A stretch of 64,000 bases of DNA from Lachnospiraceae bacterium (GTDB lineage: Bacteria > Bacillota > Clostridia > Lachnospirales > Lachnospiraceae), in assembly GCA_024690725.1 (NCBI GenBank), contig JAILOQ010000102.1, positions 22,100-86,099 on the forward strand. The letters run 5' to 3'. The notes under the pieces are model-generated. The model made no database searches. It was not told the origin of the DNA and was given only the letters and a program-made list of their open reading frames with translations. Within the stretch, counting starts at the first letter, position 1, and the number at the start of each line of letters is the position of its first letter. Below are positions 29,780-39,494 of the stretch, in pieces. The position numbers were made by a program, and so were the translations under genes.

Positions 29780-30550
29780 ATGAGCGGAAGAATTCACTCT
29801 CTCGAAAGTTTCGGTACCGTTGACGGACCCGGAACCAGATATGTCGTATTTGTACAAGGCTGCCCCATGCGCTGCCTCTACTGCCATAATCCCGATACCT
29901 GGGCGATGACCGGCGGTAAGATCATGGAAGCTTCCTACATCATGGAACAATACGACCGCAACAAAGCCTTCTATCAGAATGGCGGCGGCATCACGGTCAC
30001 CGGCGGTGAGCCTCTCATGCAGGTCGACTTTCTGATCGAGTTATTCACCCTGGCCAAAGAACGTGGTGTGCACACTTGCATCGATTCTTCCGGTATCGCG
30101 TTTAACGCCAAGAATACGGCTTTCATCGAAAAACTGGATAAGTTGATGACCTTAACGGACCTCGTTATGCTCGATATCAAACACATTGACCCTGTTAAGC
30201 ATAAGGAACTGACCAGTCAACCCAACGAAGGCATCCTGGCCTTTGCATCCTACTTAAACGACAAGGGTGTCCATATGTGGATCCGCCACGTTGTGGTACC
30301 CGGCTGGACGGATGATCCGAAGTATTTATATGATCTTGGTTACTTCATCGGGCAGTTTACCAACATGACGGCCCTCGATGTCTTGCCGTATCACGATATG
30401 GCCAAGAAAAAATACGAAGAACTCGGCATCGACTATGTATTAAAGGATGTTCCGCCGATGGATAAGGCAAGAGTTCCGGAATTAAAGGCACACATCCTTG
30501 ACGGGATCAAGAAACGCCGTGAAGAGCTGGGCATTACCCATCATACCTAA
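29780..30550 (+). CDS. pflA: Pyruvate formate-lyase activating enzyme (radical SAM)
   Basis: The sequence SFGTVDGPGTRYVVFVQGCPMRCLYCHNPD carries the CxxxCxxC radical-SAM cluster motif of PflA. GAAGGAGA lies 7 nt upstream of the ATG at 29780. Confidence 0.93.
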   Translation: MSGRIHSLESFGTVDGPGTRYVVFVQGCPMRCLYCHNPDTWAMTGGKIMEASYIMEQYDRNKAFYQNGGGITVTGGEPLMQVDFLIELFTLAKERGVHTCIDSSGIAFNAKNTAFIEKLDKLMTLTDLVMLDIKHIDPVKHKELTSQPNEGILAFASYLNDKGVHMWIRHVVVPGWTDDPKYLYDLGYFIGQFTNMTALDVLPYHDMAKKKYEELGIDYVLKDVPPMDKARVPELKAHILDGIKKRREELGITHHT

Positions 30551-30632
30551 TTACGGGAAATCTATTGCTTTTTTTCGATTTCTACCATATAATGACCTTA
30601 ACGAGACTTTTTATCAAAAAGGAGGGTCGATT

Positions 30633-30803
30633 ATGGCTTACGTAATTAATGACGGCTGCGTAGCATGCGGTGCTTGTGAAGGTGCTTGCCCTGTAGGAGC
30701 TATCAGCATGGGCGATTCCAAGTATGAAATTGATGCAGATACATGTATCGATTGCGGTACCTGCGCAGGACAGTGTCCGACAGGATCTATCAGCCCTCAG
30801 TAA
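30633..30803 (+). CDS. Clostridial-type 2x[4Fe-4S] ferredoxin (56 aa)
   Basis: Two CxxCxxCxxxCP motifs are present (CVACGACEGACP and CIDCGTCAGQCP). AAAGGAGGG lies 6 nt before the ATG. Confidence 0.9.
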   Translation: MAYVINDGCVACGACEGACPVGAISMGDSKYEIDADTCIDCGTCAGQCPTGSISPQ

Positions 30804-30810
30804 TAAGACA

Positions 30811-30842
30811 AAAAAAGAACTGCGATGAGCAGTTCTTTTTTT
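30811..30842. terminator. Bidirectional terminator between the ferredoxin gene (+) and dnaB (-)
   Basis: AAAAAAGAACTGC-GATGA-GCAGTTCTTTTTTT. Confidence 0.85.
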
Positions 30843-30872
30843 GTGCTATTTTTTTGTAAAACATCGTCCGTA

Positions 30873-32249
30873 TCAATACTCTTCCTGCTTCGCATACCGC
30901 TGCTCGCCTTCCAAGTTGGCGAACTTCGTGTACTCCCCAAGCCAGGCCAGCTTTGTCGTACCGATCGGGCCGTTTCTTTGCTTGGCGATATTGATCTCAG
31001 CAACACCCTGTTCTTTGGAATCTTTATTGTAATAATCGTCACGATAAATAAACATGACCACATCCGCATCCTGCTCGATCGCACCGGAATCACGAAGATC
31101 CGAAAGCATCGGCCGCTTATCCGATCTGCCTTCCACGGAACGGGATAACTGGCTGAGCGCAATGACCGGAACATCCAACTCTCTTGCAACCGCCTTTAGG
31201 GAACGGGAAATCTCGGATATCTCCTGATTTCGGGAATCCGAAGCAGCACCCTTTCCACTTCCGCTCATCAGCTGAAGATAATCGATGATCACCAGATCCA
31301 ATCCGTTCTCCACCTTAAACTTTCGGCACTTGCTCCGAAGTTCCGACGCAGTGATACCGGGCGTTGCATCGATAAACAGCTTTGTCTTTCCCAGTCGATC
31401 TGCTCCGATCAGGAGGTTGTCCCACTCTTCGTCATTCAAATCTCCGATACGCATCTTTCCGGCATTCACGCTCGATTCCAGAGACAGCATACGATTGATC
31501 AGCTGAACCTCCGACATCTCCAACGAAAAGATCGCTACCGATTTGTTTTCACGCGTGACCACATGATGTGCGATATTTAACACAAACGCAGTCTTACCCA
31601 TGGAAGGACGCGCTGCCACAAGGACCAGATCGGAATTCTGTAAGCCTGCCATCTTGTAATCCAGATCCGTAAATCCGGTTGGGATACCGGTGATGTTTCC
31701 TTTTGTCTGATAAGCCTTTGCGATCCTGTCGACGGCTTCTTTCAAAATATCGTCGATCGGCCTGACCTCATTCCCGCTACGGTTCTGCAAGAGGGAAAAC
31801 ACTTTCTTTTCGGTCTCTTCGAGGAGCGTATCCGTATCGTCTTTGCCAAGAAAACAAGCATCCCCGATCTCTTTCGTGGTACGGATCAGTTTTCGCAAAA
31901 CAGACTTTTCGTACACGATATTCGCATACTCACGAACCTGTCTGCTCGACGGCAGTTCCGTCACCAGATTTCCGAAAAACGCCGCATTGTTGATCTCTGC
32001 CGGCATGGATAACTGATTTAATTTGTTCTGTAAGGTAACGATATCCACCGTTCCCTGTTCATCATTGATATCTTTGATCGCCTGAAAGATCGTCCCAAAA
32101 TGCTTGGAATAAAAATCATCCTTACCGATCACGGTAGACGCAGTATAGATCGCATCACGATCCATGAGCATTGCCGCGATCACGCTTTTTTCCGCAAGGT
32201 CACTGTGGGGCATTTCCCTGGCGATCGTTGTGTATTCTTCCGAAGGCAT
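30873..32249 (-). CDS. dnaB: Replicative DNA helicase
   Basis: Walker A ARPSMGKTAF is present, with DnaB motifs (IIDYLQLM, ALSQLSR). I set the start at ATG 32249, which follows AAGGAGAA. Confidence 0.95.
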   Translation of the reverse strand: MPSEEYTTIAREMPHSDLAEKSVIAAMLMDRDAIYTASTVIGKDDFYSKHFGTIFQAIKDINDEQGTVDIVTLQNKLNQLSMPAEINNAAFFGNLVTELPSSRQVREYANIVYEKSVLRKLIRTTKEIGDACFLGKDDTDTLLEETEKKVFSLLQNRSGNEVRPIDDILKEAVDRIAKAYQTKGNITGIPTGFTDLDYKMAGLQNSDLVLVAARPSMGKTAFVLNIAHHVVTRENKSVAIFSLEMSEVQLINRMLSLESSVNAGKMRIGDLNDEEWDNLLIGADRLGKTKLFIDATPGITASELRSKCRKFKVENGLDLVIIDYLQLMSGSGKGAASDSRNQEISEISRSLKAVARELDVPVIALSQLSRSVEGRSDKRPMLSDLRDSGAIEQDADVVMFIYRDDYYNKDSKEQGVAEINIAKQRNGPIGTTKLAWLGEYTKFANLEGEQRYAKQEEY

Positions 32250-32259
32250 GGTGTTCTCC

Positions 32260-32709
32260 TTATGACTCTTCCGCAATATGAACCGAAAGCACACCCGTCA
32301 CCTTGGGATGCAGTTTCACTTTGACTTCATAGGTTCCGAAGCTCTTTAACGCCTCGGGCAATATCAGTTTCTTTTTATCGATTTCCTTGCCGAACTGTGC
32401 TTTGTATGCCTGCGCGATCTCCTTGGACGAAACGGAGCCGAAGGCCTTTCCGCCGGCACCTGCTTTCATCTTCAGTTCCACCGTCTGCTCTTTTAATTCA
32501 TCCGCAAACGCCTGTGCATCGGCCAGTTTTTCGGCCGCCAGTTTATCATCATTTGCTTTCTGCAGCTTTAAATCGTTTAGATGCTTTGCATCTGCCGGTA
32601 CCGCAAGCTTTTGCGGCAGAAGGTAGTTGCGTACATATCCGTCGTTCTTGTCGACGACATCGCCCTTCTTGCCTACGTTCTTTACATCTTCCAATAAGAT
32701 AACCTTCAT
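32260..32709 (-). CDS. rplI: 50S ribosomal protein L9
   Basis: MKVILLEDVKNVGKKGDVV is a typical L9 N-terminus. The ATG lies 1 nt after the gdpP stop, with GGAAGGAG upstream. Confidence 0.95.
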   Translation of the reverse strand: MKVILLEDVKNVGKKGDVVDKNDGYVRNYLLPQKLAVPADAKHLNDLKLQKANDDKLAAEKLADAQAFADELKEQTVELKMKAGAGGKAFGSVSSKEIAQAYKAQFGKEIDKKKLILPEALKSFGTYEVKVKLHPKVTGVLSVHIAEES

Positions 32710-32710
32710 C

Positions 32711-34762
32711 TTAGATTGCTCCTTCCTCTTGCATCTCATCCAGAGTTGCCTTCAGTGTTTCCTCCGCCTCTGTAAGCGATACACCCTGCATCTGCACCGC
32801 CGCAACGTTCAGATGACCGCCGCCGCCGAGACGCTCCATGATGATCTGCACATTGATCTCATCCATGCTGCGGGCACTGATGTAGATCGTTTGATTATAA
32901 TCCGTCAGCACAAAACTGGCTTTGATCCCGCTGATACCCAAAAGCTCATTTGCCGCCTGCGCACCGACAATGGTCGGATTGTGCGCCTCTCCGGCCTGTG
33001 TGGCCGCAATGGCAAAGATATCTTTGTATATGGCTGCCTTACTGATCACCAGCGCCTTTGCGCGATAATCGCTGACATCGTCACGCAGCATCTTTCGCAC
33101 TCTTGTCACATCCGCCCCGCTCCTGCGCAGATATGCGGCAGCTTCAAAGGTACGGACACCGGCCTTGTTGGTGAAGTTATTGGTATCGATCACCATACCG
33201 GAATACAGGCAATCTGCCTCTGCACTGGTCAGTTTCACACCGCTTTCAATGTACTGTGTGATCTCCGCAACCATCTCACAGGCACTCGATGCGTAAGACT
33301 CAATATAGGATAACGTCGCATTCTCGATCGTTTCTTCGCCCTGTCTGTGATGATCCAATACAACGATCGTACGACATACTTTCAATAATTCCGGACATTC
33401 CGTAATGCTCGGTTTATTCACATCCACAACGACCAGACAGGTATTCGCACCGGCTAACTCCATGGCCTGGGAATTGTTGATGATGATGGAATTGTCCTTC
33501 TCACTCTCCAAAAAGTGATCGACCATCGGGCGGATGGAACCGCTGATATCATTGATCACGATATTGACATTTCTGCCCAGAGCCTTTGCCACACGGAAGA
33601 TCCCGACACCGGCACCGAACGCATCCTCGTCGGTCATACGATGTCCCATGATGAGCACGCGATCCTTTGTGGAGATCAGCTCCTTTAGAGCCTGTGCCTT
33701 TACACGCGCTTTTACGCGGGTGTTCTTTTCCATCCTCTGGCTCTTACCGCCGTAATATTTCATACCGTCATTCGACTTTACGATCGCCTGATCGCCGCCG
33801 CGACCGAGCGCCAAGTCCATAGACGTACGGGCATACTCATAATTTTGTGCATAGGAGAGTCCTCCCACACCCACACCGATACTGATCGTAACACTCATTT
33901 CGTTGCCGATCGTAACGGTCTTAACGTCTTCCAAAAGATCGAAGCGGTTCGCCTGGATCTCCTGCAACGCCTCTTTTCTTATAACAAAGAAGAACTTATC
34001 CTTTTCCGTCTTTCGTACGATTCCGTCCATCGATGCAAAGTACTTGTTGATCTTTCGCTCGATCAGAGCACCGAGCAGGGATCTTCTGACTTCTTCAACA
34101 CTGTCCAAGGCCTCTTCGTAATTGTCCAAATAGAGAAGCCCCACCGCAAGAGACTGCTTATCGTTTTCACGGATCGCAAGCTTTAAGGCTGTGTTATCAA
34201 ACAGGTACAGAGCGATCAGGCATCCCTGATACGGCCCGTCCGACTCGAAGATATCGCTGTTTTCCACCATCTCATCCAACGGCACTCTCTTTAACTTCGC
34301 CCGGAAATCTCGGTCCTCAAGCTGAAACTCCAGTTCCGCTTCGTTCATATCCGCCTTGACCGGCAGGTACTCCTCCGTAATCTCCGGAAAATACGTTCCG
34401 ATCTGCTTATATTCGGCTTTGTTCTTGCCGATGACCTGTAAAAATGCGGCATTGGCCCAAACGATCCTGCCTTCGTGATCGAGCAGGGCATTCGGAAGCT
34501 CCAGATCCCGCAACAGACTCTTTTGTATCTGACCGTATTGGGTGGCGAAACTGACCATTTCGTTGATCATGATCGGTTTGTTGAACCGGTCCATCAGCAA
34601 AAAGACGATCAGATAGATCAACGTAAAGCAGGACATGATAATCCCCACCTTCATGTCTACCAAATAAAGCGCTACGTCGATCAATGCCAAAAACAATCCA
34701 AACCATAACGGCATTGCCATATACAGGCGCAAACGGCCTTTAAATCGCAAATTCTTGTTCAT
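32711..34762 (-). CDS. gdpP: GdpP/YybT-type DHH/DHHA1 phosphodiesterase (c-di-AMP phosphodiesterase architecture)
   Basis: It has two N-terminal TM helices, a PAS-like region, a degenerate GGDEF-like region, a DHH motif (VLDHHR) and the DHHA1 motif GGGH. The yybT-rplI-dnaB synteny is conserved, as in Bacillus. Confidence 0.85.
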   Translation of the reverse strand: MNKNLRFKGRLRLYMAMPLWFGLFLALIDVALYLVDMKVGIIMSCFTLIYLIVFLLMDRFNKPIMINEMVSFATQYGQIQKSLLRDLELPNALLDHEGRIVWANAAFLQVIGKNKAEYKQIGTYFPEITEEYLPVKADMNEAELEFQLEDRDFRAKLKRVPLDEMVENSDIFESDGPYQGCLIALYLFDNTALKLAIRENDKQSLAVGLLYLDNYEEALDSVEEVRRSLLGALIERKINKYFASMDGIVRKTEKDKFFFVIRKEALQEIQANRFDLLEDVKTVTIGNEMSVTISIGVGVGGLSYAQNYEYARTSMDLALGRGGDQAIVKSNDGMKYYGGKSQRMEKNTRVKARVKAQALKELISTKDRVLIMGHRMTDEDAFGAGVGIFRVAKALGRNVNIVINDISGSIRPMVDHFLESEKDNSIIINNSQAMELAGANTCLVVVDVNKPSITECPELLKVCRTIVVLDHHRQGEETIENATLSYIESYASSACEMVAEITQYIESGVKLTSAEADCLYSGMVIDTNNFTNKAGVRTFEAAAYLRRSGADVTRVRKMLRDDVSDYRAKALVISKAAIYKDIFAIAATQAGEAHNPTIVGAQAANELLGISGIKASFVLTDYNQTIYISARSMDEINVQIIMERLGGGGHLNVAAVQMQGVSLTEAEETLKATLDEMQEEGAI

Positions 34763-34829
34763 TTCAGTCCCTCAATTTCGGCGTCAAAAGAAAACCCGCC
34801 AAATACAAGTATATCATATTTCAGACCAT

Positions 34830-34860
34830 AAAAAAAGAGTCCGAGGATATCCTCGGACTC
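34830..34860 (-). terminator. Rho-independent terminator after rpsR
   Basis: The minus strand reads GAGTCCGAGG-ATAT-CCTCGGACTC followed by TTTTTTT. Confidence 0.9.
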
Positions 34861-34871
34861 TCATGTCCTTA

Positions 34872-35132
34872 TTAGTCCTGTACGTAAGGCATCAATGCGA
34901 TATGACGAGCGCGCTTGATAGCGACGGTTAAAGCTCTCTGATGCTTTGCACAGTTACCTGTGATCCTGCGGGGAAGGATCTTTCCGCCTTCGGAGATATA
35001 TCTCCGTAACTTAGCGGCATCCTTATAATCAATGACATTGTCTTTGCCACAGAATACACAAACTTTTTTTCTTCTGCGGATGCCCGTTCTTCTCTTCGGT
35101 GCATCAGCTCTGTCTGTCTTATTGTAAGCCAT
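34872..35132 (-). CDS. rpsR: 30S ribosomal protein S18
   Basis: The sequence is typical of S18 (KVCVFCGKD...IDYKD...[18 protein letters not shown]). Confidence 0.95.
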   Translation of the reverse strand: MAYNKTDRADAPKRRTGIRRRKKVCVFCGKDNVIDYKDAAKLRRYISEGGKILPRRITGNCAKHQRALTVAIKRARHIALMPYVQD

Positions 35133-35158
35133 GATTTGCCTCCATTCTTAATCCATCT

Positions 35159-35608
35159 CTAATTGAACGGCAAGTCGTCAACTCCGGAAGGAATATTCAT
35201 GAAATCACTGTTGGCCGGTGCAGGTTCGCCGCTCGGAGCCTGCGGAGCATCATATCCGCCGCCGTTTGACTGGTTTGCGGCTTTGCTCTCTGCAAATTCC
35301 ACATCTTCGGCTACGACATCCGTCGTGTAAACCTTCTGTCCGTCCTTATTGGTATAACTGCCGGTCTGAATACGGCCTGTCAGAGCGATCTTGGTTCCCT
35401 TGTGCAAATACTTCTCAACGAACTCTCCGGTCTTACCGAAAGCCACGCAGCTGATAAAATCCGCTGTCTGCTGTCCGTCCTGATTGTTGCGGGAAAATCT
35501 TCTGTCCACGGCAACCGTAAATCTGGCTATCGCGGTACTGCTCTCGCCCTGTGAATATCTGACATCCGGGTCTCTTGTTAAACGTCCCATTAGAATAACT
35601 TTATTCAT
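35159..35608 (-). CDS. ssb: Single-stranded DNA-binding protein
   Basis: MNKVILMGRLTRDPDVRY marks the OB fold, and the acidic C-terminal tip DDLPF is present. Confidence 0.95.
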   Translation of the reverse strand: MNKVILMGRLTRDPDVRYSQGESSTAIARFTVAVDRRFSRNNQDGQQTADFISCVAFGKTGEFVEKYLHKGTKIALTGRIQTGSYTNKDGQKVYTTDVVAEDVEFAESKAANQSNGGGYDAPQAPSGEPAPANSDFMNIPSGVDDLPFN

Positions 35609-35623
35609 CTGTAATTCTCCTTA

Positions 35624-35914
35624 TTATGCCTCGTCCTGTCTTACGCATAAATATCTGAGAACATTGTCCATAATACGCATATTTTCTTCAAGCTGCGCGG
35701 GAACATCTGCCTCAGCATCGAACTGGATGAAATAATAGAACGCTTCACTCATTTTCTGAATTTCGTAAGCAAGTTTCTTCTTACCCCATTCATCAACATT
35801 TGTGATCGTTCCGCCGAACCGCTCGATATAAGCTTTTGCCTTGTCTACAGTAGCAGCTCTCTCATCGTCTTCGATGTTTGCGTTAACAACAACGGCTAAC
35901 TCATACTTGTTCAT
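35624..35914 (-). CDS. rpsF: 30S ribosomal protein S6
   Basis: The sequence is typical of S6 (MNKYELAVVV...WGKKKLAYEI) and the rpsF-ssb-rpsR order is conserved. Confidence 0.95.
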   Translation of the reverse strand: MNKYELAVVVNANIEDDERAATVDKAKAYIERFGGTITNVDEWGKKKLAYEIQKMSEAFYYFIQFDAEADVPAQLEENMRIMDNVLRYLCVRQDEA

Positions 35915-35986
35915 GCTTTGTTACCTCCTTTTGGTCTCTGGCCCTAAGTCTATGCAAAGAGCAAGGAAAATATATCACAAGTAAAG

Positions 35987-36015
35987 ATTTTACCATCGAC
36001 TCCATGCATTTTCAA
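35987..36015 (-). promoter_or_regulatory. Sigma-A-type promoter of the rpsF-ssb-rpsR operon
   Basis: The minus strand reads TTGAAA-N17-TAAAAT, about 70 nt upstream of the rpsF ATG. Confidence 0.55.
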
Positions 36016-36065
36016 GCCTTTTTCCAAAAATAGAAGGCATTTTTTTCGATACACCACATTTTGTG

Positions 36066-36272
36066 TCACTCTTCTTTTTCCCGGAGTTTCGCATTCTTTT
36101 CCACGAGACTTCGCGCCATCATCACCTGACGCCCGCAGCCCTTGCACTCCAGGCGAAAATCCGCTCCCACACGCAATATGGTCCATTCCCTGCTGCCACA
36201 GGGATGCTGTTTCTTCATTACGACCGCATCGCCTACCTGAAACAAATCGCACCTCGCTTCCGTTACGGCCAA
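36066..36272 (-). CDS. DUF951-family small protein
   Basis: It is 68 aa, and VGDAVVMKKQHPCGSREWTILRVGADFRLECKGCGRQVMM matches my memory of the DUF951 pattern. Its location next to rpsF is typical. Confidence 0.65.
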   Translation of the reverse strand: MAVTEARCDLFQVGDAVVMKKQHPCGSREWTILRVGADFRLECKGCGRQVMMARSLVEKNAKLREKEE

Positions 36273-36292
36273 AGACCGCTCCTCATCCTTTT

Positions 36293-37051
36293 TTAGAGTT
36301 CGATCCCCTGTCGCTCTGCCACCCGGGCAAAGAAGGTTCCGATGCTCTCCGTTACTTCCAGGGTATCCACAGCGATACGAACGTGGAGTTTGTCACGGTT
36401 GATCACCACAAGACTCCGCCCGCTGAAATAGTTGATGAAGGATGCTGCGGGATATACCGAAAGGGACGTTCCTCCGATGATGAGCATATCCGCTTCGGAA
36501 ATACAACGGATCGCACCCGCTACCGCGTCATCCGGAAGTCCTTCTTCATATAAGGTGATGTCCGGTCGGATGATGCCGCCGCATTCACAGGTCGGGATCG
36601 GCTCCGTGGAGGTGAATATATAATCCTCCGGATAGACCTTACCGCAGTTTACACAGTAATTGCGCAGTGCGCTTCCGTGGATCTCATATACCTTTTTGCT
36701 GCCGGCCTTTTGATGCAAGCCGTCGATATTCTGTGTGACGATCCCGGTCAGTTTTCCGTTTTCTTCGAGTTTTGCCAGATACTTGTGTGCATTGTTAGGC
36801 TCGATGTTTCTGGTATCCATCTTCTGTCTGTGGAATTCATAATATACCTTCGGCTTGTCCACAAGGCAGCTGTGGCTTAAGAGATATTCCGGCCGATACA
36901 TATCAAACTGCACATCATGCTGGTTATAAAGTCCGTCTTTGCTGCGAAAATCCGGGATCCCGCTCTCCGTGGAAACACCGGCGCCTCCGAAAAACGCCAC
37001 TTTCTGTGCTCTATCCAGATACTCGATAAAACTGTCATAAATATCCTTCAT
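36293..37051 (-). CDS. NAD-dependent protein deacylase (Sir2/CobB family)
   Basis: GAGVSTESGIPDFRS, TQNIDGLH and a Zn ribbon (CVNCGK...CECGG) are present. The start at ATG 37051 follows GAGGTGA. Confidence 0.9.
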   Translation of the reverse strand: MKDIYDSFIEYLDRAQKVAFFGGAGVSTESGIPDFRSKDGLYNQHDVQFDMYRPEYLLSHSCLVDKPKVYYEFHRQKMDTRNIEPNNAHKYLAKLEENGKLTGIVTQNIDGLHQKAGSKKVYEIHGSALRNYCVNCGKVYPEDYIFTSTEPIPTCECGGIIRPDITLYEEGLPDDAVAGAIRCISEADMLIIGGTSLSVYPAASFINYFSGRSLVVINRDKLHVRIAVDTLEVTESIGTFFARVAERQGIEL

Positions 37052-37061
37052 ACGCTCACCT

Positions 37062-39374
37062 CTACTTCCATATGCTGGTTCGTTTGCTCTGCTTTTGAAC
37101 ATAAAGATCGTCGTCTGCGATCGCCATCATATCATCCAGATTAGTATCCGCCGTGATAGGGAACGCATGACTACCGATACTCATACTCACGTAATAAGGT
37201 TTTTCACTTTCTCCGTTTTGCCGTCCGGTCTCATCTCTGACCCGAGCGCGGATCTCTTTTTCTTCCTCCATGTTCTTCAAAAGAACGAATACGCCGAATT
37301 CATCTCCGCCCAAACGGCCGATGATCGCATCCTTGCCCATCGATTCCTTCAGGATGGAAGCAACCATACGCAGGGAATTATCACCTTCCTCATGTCCGAA
37401 CTGATCGTTTACCAACTTCAGATTGTTCATGTCCGCATATCCGAACATGGCGATCCGCCCCTGATTTTCTTTGGCCCGGATCAGTTTCTTTGCCGTCACC
37501 AAAAATCCGCGGCGATTGTATACTTCCGTAAGTTCATCGGACTTGGAAACCTCATCCAAAAAGGCATTGGTTTCTTTTAATTCCTGCAGATTCTCTTCGA
37601 GCTTGTCCGCGATCTCTTCCTTTTGTTCCACCAAAGAGATCGTCTGGAGCGCCGACGAGATCTGGAAACGCAACGGCTCAAGTGCCGTCAGATTATCATA
37701 GTTCGGTTCCGCCACAAACAGACCGTACTGCTCTCTTCCCGAAAACAGGCAGGAGACTGCCATCGTCCTTCGGCGGTTGCTGTCTAAATTGCTGTTGGAA
37801 AAGAAGTTGGAAACATCCACCTTCTGTTGGTTCTTCGGCGGTGTCACCGCTTCGGAGCCCACCTGGATCGCGCGCACATACATCTGCTTTGGCATCTTCC
37901 AATCGCCCACCGTCGCGCATTGGATCGGCTTTTTCAATGCAATGATGGAGCTGGAATGGATTCCCAGCATTTCCATCTTCCGAAGCAGGATATGCATCCG
38001 GATCCGGGACATATCCTCGGAAAGAATATCTCTTGTGATGTCCATCATGATCCAGTTTAGGATATTGCCTTCCCGGCCTTCGTTGTTTCTGCAGCGCTCC
38101 ACCTCCACGCTGATGCTCTTAAAGCATTCGGACAGCGCCAGATAGAGTTCGTTTCGATCCTCATCGGTGCTAACATAACGCGAAAAAAGAATGGTAAGAA
38201 ACTCCGCCAGATCGAACAACAACTGTCTTTGTGTCGTAATGGGAAGGATCTCCACGATGATCATGCGGTACTCATCGATGAGCATCGGGATCTTGTCTTT
38301 GACCGGTTTTCCGTCGCAGATCCTGCGATCGTAAAAACGTACCAGACGCTCCACATTTTCGCGCACAATACTAAGACCTCCGATATCCGTATGGTTATGA
38401 AACAGCCCTTCCGTAATGTGATCCGTAAGCTTCGGGATCGCTTTCGCAGAGTGAAGGGTATATTCGTACTTTTCCGCTGTATTCACAAAACCGGTCAGCT
38501 TGTTGCCGCCGCAGGATTCGCGTACCACAAGCGTCGTATCGACCAAGATCTCTTTTTCTTCGTTCTTTTCGATCTTTAATAATTCCTTGATGGAACGATA
38601 TCCGAGTTCTGCGGCATCCGCCTTGGTCGTCGTCAGTCGCGGATTCATAAGCGCCGCAAACGGAGCATCGTCGAATCCTACAACAACGATGTCCTGTCCC
38701 GGACGAAGGCCGCGCTTTTCAAACACACGATACCCGCCGAGCGCCATATGATCGTTGCAAAAAACGATCGCTTCCAGGCCGGGGTTTGCATCCAAAAGGC
38801 CTTCCACAACCGTGTCGCAGTATTCGGAGAAATTCCCGTATACGATACGCTCCTCCAAAATCGGAAGATCGTGCGCACGCATGACTTCCTTATATGCTTC
38901 CAGACGAGCGATCGCATCCGCATTGGTATCCGGTCCGCAGACAATGCCGATCTCTTTCTTTCCGAGCGTATCGATCACGTATTCCACTTCTTTTTTGAAA
39001 CCGCCGATGTTGTTAAAAGCAATGCTCGCATAGCCGGGAGCCTTATCGGCAATGGAAATGATCGGTACGCTGTCAAATCTCTTCAGAAATGCCAGTTTCT
39101 CTTCTTCATCGACATGACTTGCTATGGTACCGAGAAGTACCGCCACGCAATCCACATTTTGTTCATTCACAAATTCATACAGGAAATTATTCTGATACTC
39201 GTATGCGTTTTTACTCGCATCGACATACGTAGACTTTAAATATCCACCGGAAAAGATGAACATATCCTGATCCAGATCTTCCGCTGCGCGCATGGCGCCT
39301 ATGCAGACTTCCCTGGCAAAAGAGTCGTAGTATTCACTGATCAATAACCCAATCCGTTTTCTGTTTTTCTTCAC
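37062..39374 (-). CDS. Cytoplasmic signalling protein with an N-terminal LacI/GalR-type periplasmic-binding-protein-fold ligand domain (no HTH), an uncharacterised middle region and a C-terminal GGDEF diguanylate cyclase
   Basis: The N-terminus RIGLLISEYYDSF...IVFCNDHMALGGYRVFEKRGLRPGQDIVVVGFDD is typical of a LacI-family effector domain. The C-terminus has an intact RLGGDEFGVF motif. I prefer the GTG at 39374 (GAGGGA 6 nt upstream), but the ATG at 39416 or the TTG at 39455 remain possible. Confidence 0.8.
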   Translation of the reverse strand: MKKNRKRIGLLISEYYDSFAREVCIGAMRAAEDLDQDMFIFSGGYLKSTYVDASKNAYEYQNNFLYEFVNEQNVDCVAVLLGTIASHVDEEEKLAFLKRFDSVPIISIADKAPGYASIAFNNIGGFKKEVEYVIDTLGKKEIGIVCGPDTNADAIARLEAYKEVMRAHDLPILEERIVYGNFSEYCDTVVEGLLDANPGLEAIVFCNDHMALGGYRVFEKRGLRPGQDIVVVGFDDAPFAALMNPRLTTTKADAAELGYRSIKELLKIEKNEEKEILVDTTLVVRESCGGNKLTGFVNTAEKYEYTLHSAKAIPKLTDHITEGLFHNHTDIGGLSIVRENVERLVRFYDRRICDGKPVKDKIPMLIDEYRMIIVEILPITTQRQLLFDLAEFLTILFSRYVSTDEDRNELYLALSECFKSISVEVERCRNNEGREGNILNWIMMDITRDILSEDMSRIRMHILLRKMEMLGIHSSSIIALKKPIQCATVGDWKMPKQMYVRAIQVGSEAVTPPKNQQKVDVSNFFSNSNLDSNRRRTMAVSCLFSGREQYGLFVAEPNYDNLTALEPLRFQISSALQTISLVEQKEEIADKLEENLQELKETNAFLDEVSKSDELTEVYNRRGFLVTAKKLIRAKENQGRIAMFGYADMNNLKLVNDQFGHEEGDNSLRMVASILKESMGKDAIIGRLGGDEFGVFVLLKNMEEEKEIRARVRDETGRQNGESEKPYYVSMSIGSHAFPITADTNLDDMMAIADDDLYVQKQSKRTSIWK

Positions 39375-39453
39375 AAAACGTCCCTCGCATCGTTGTAATT
39401 TGCTACCCCATTTCATTATAAATATTCGATATTTTTTTGTAAAGCGGACAATC

Positions 39454-39482
39454 AAAAAGGGACGCAGAATCCCTGCGTCCCC
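39454..39482 (-). terminator. Rho-independent terminator after the 39495-40556 gene
   Basis: The minus strand reads GGGGACGCAGGGATTCTGCGTCCC followed by TTTTTG. Confidence 0.8.
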
Positions 39483-39494
39483 GGATTAATTTTT

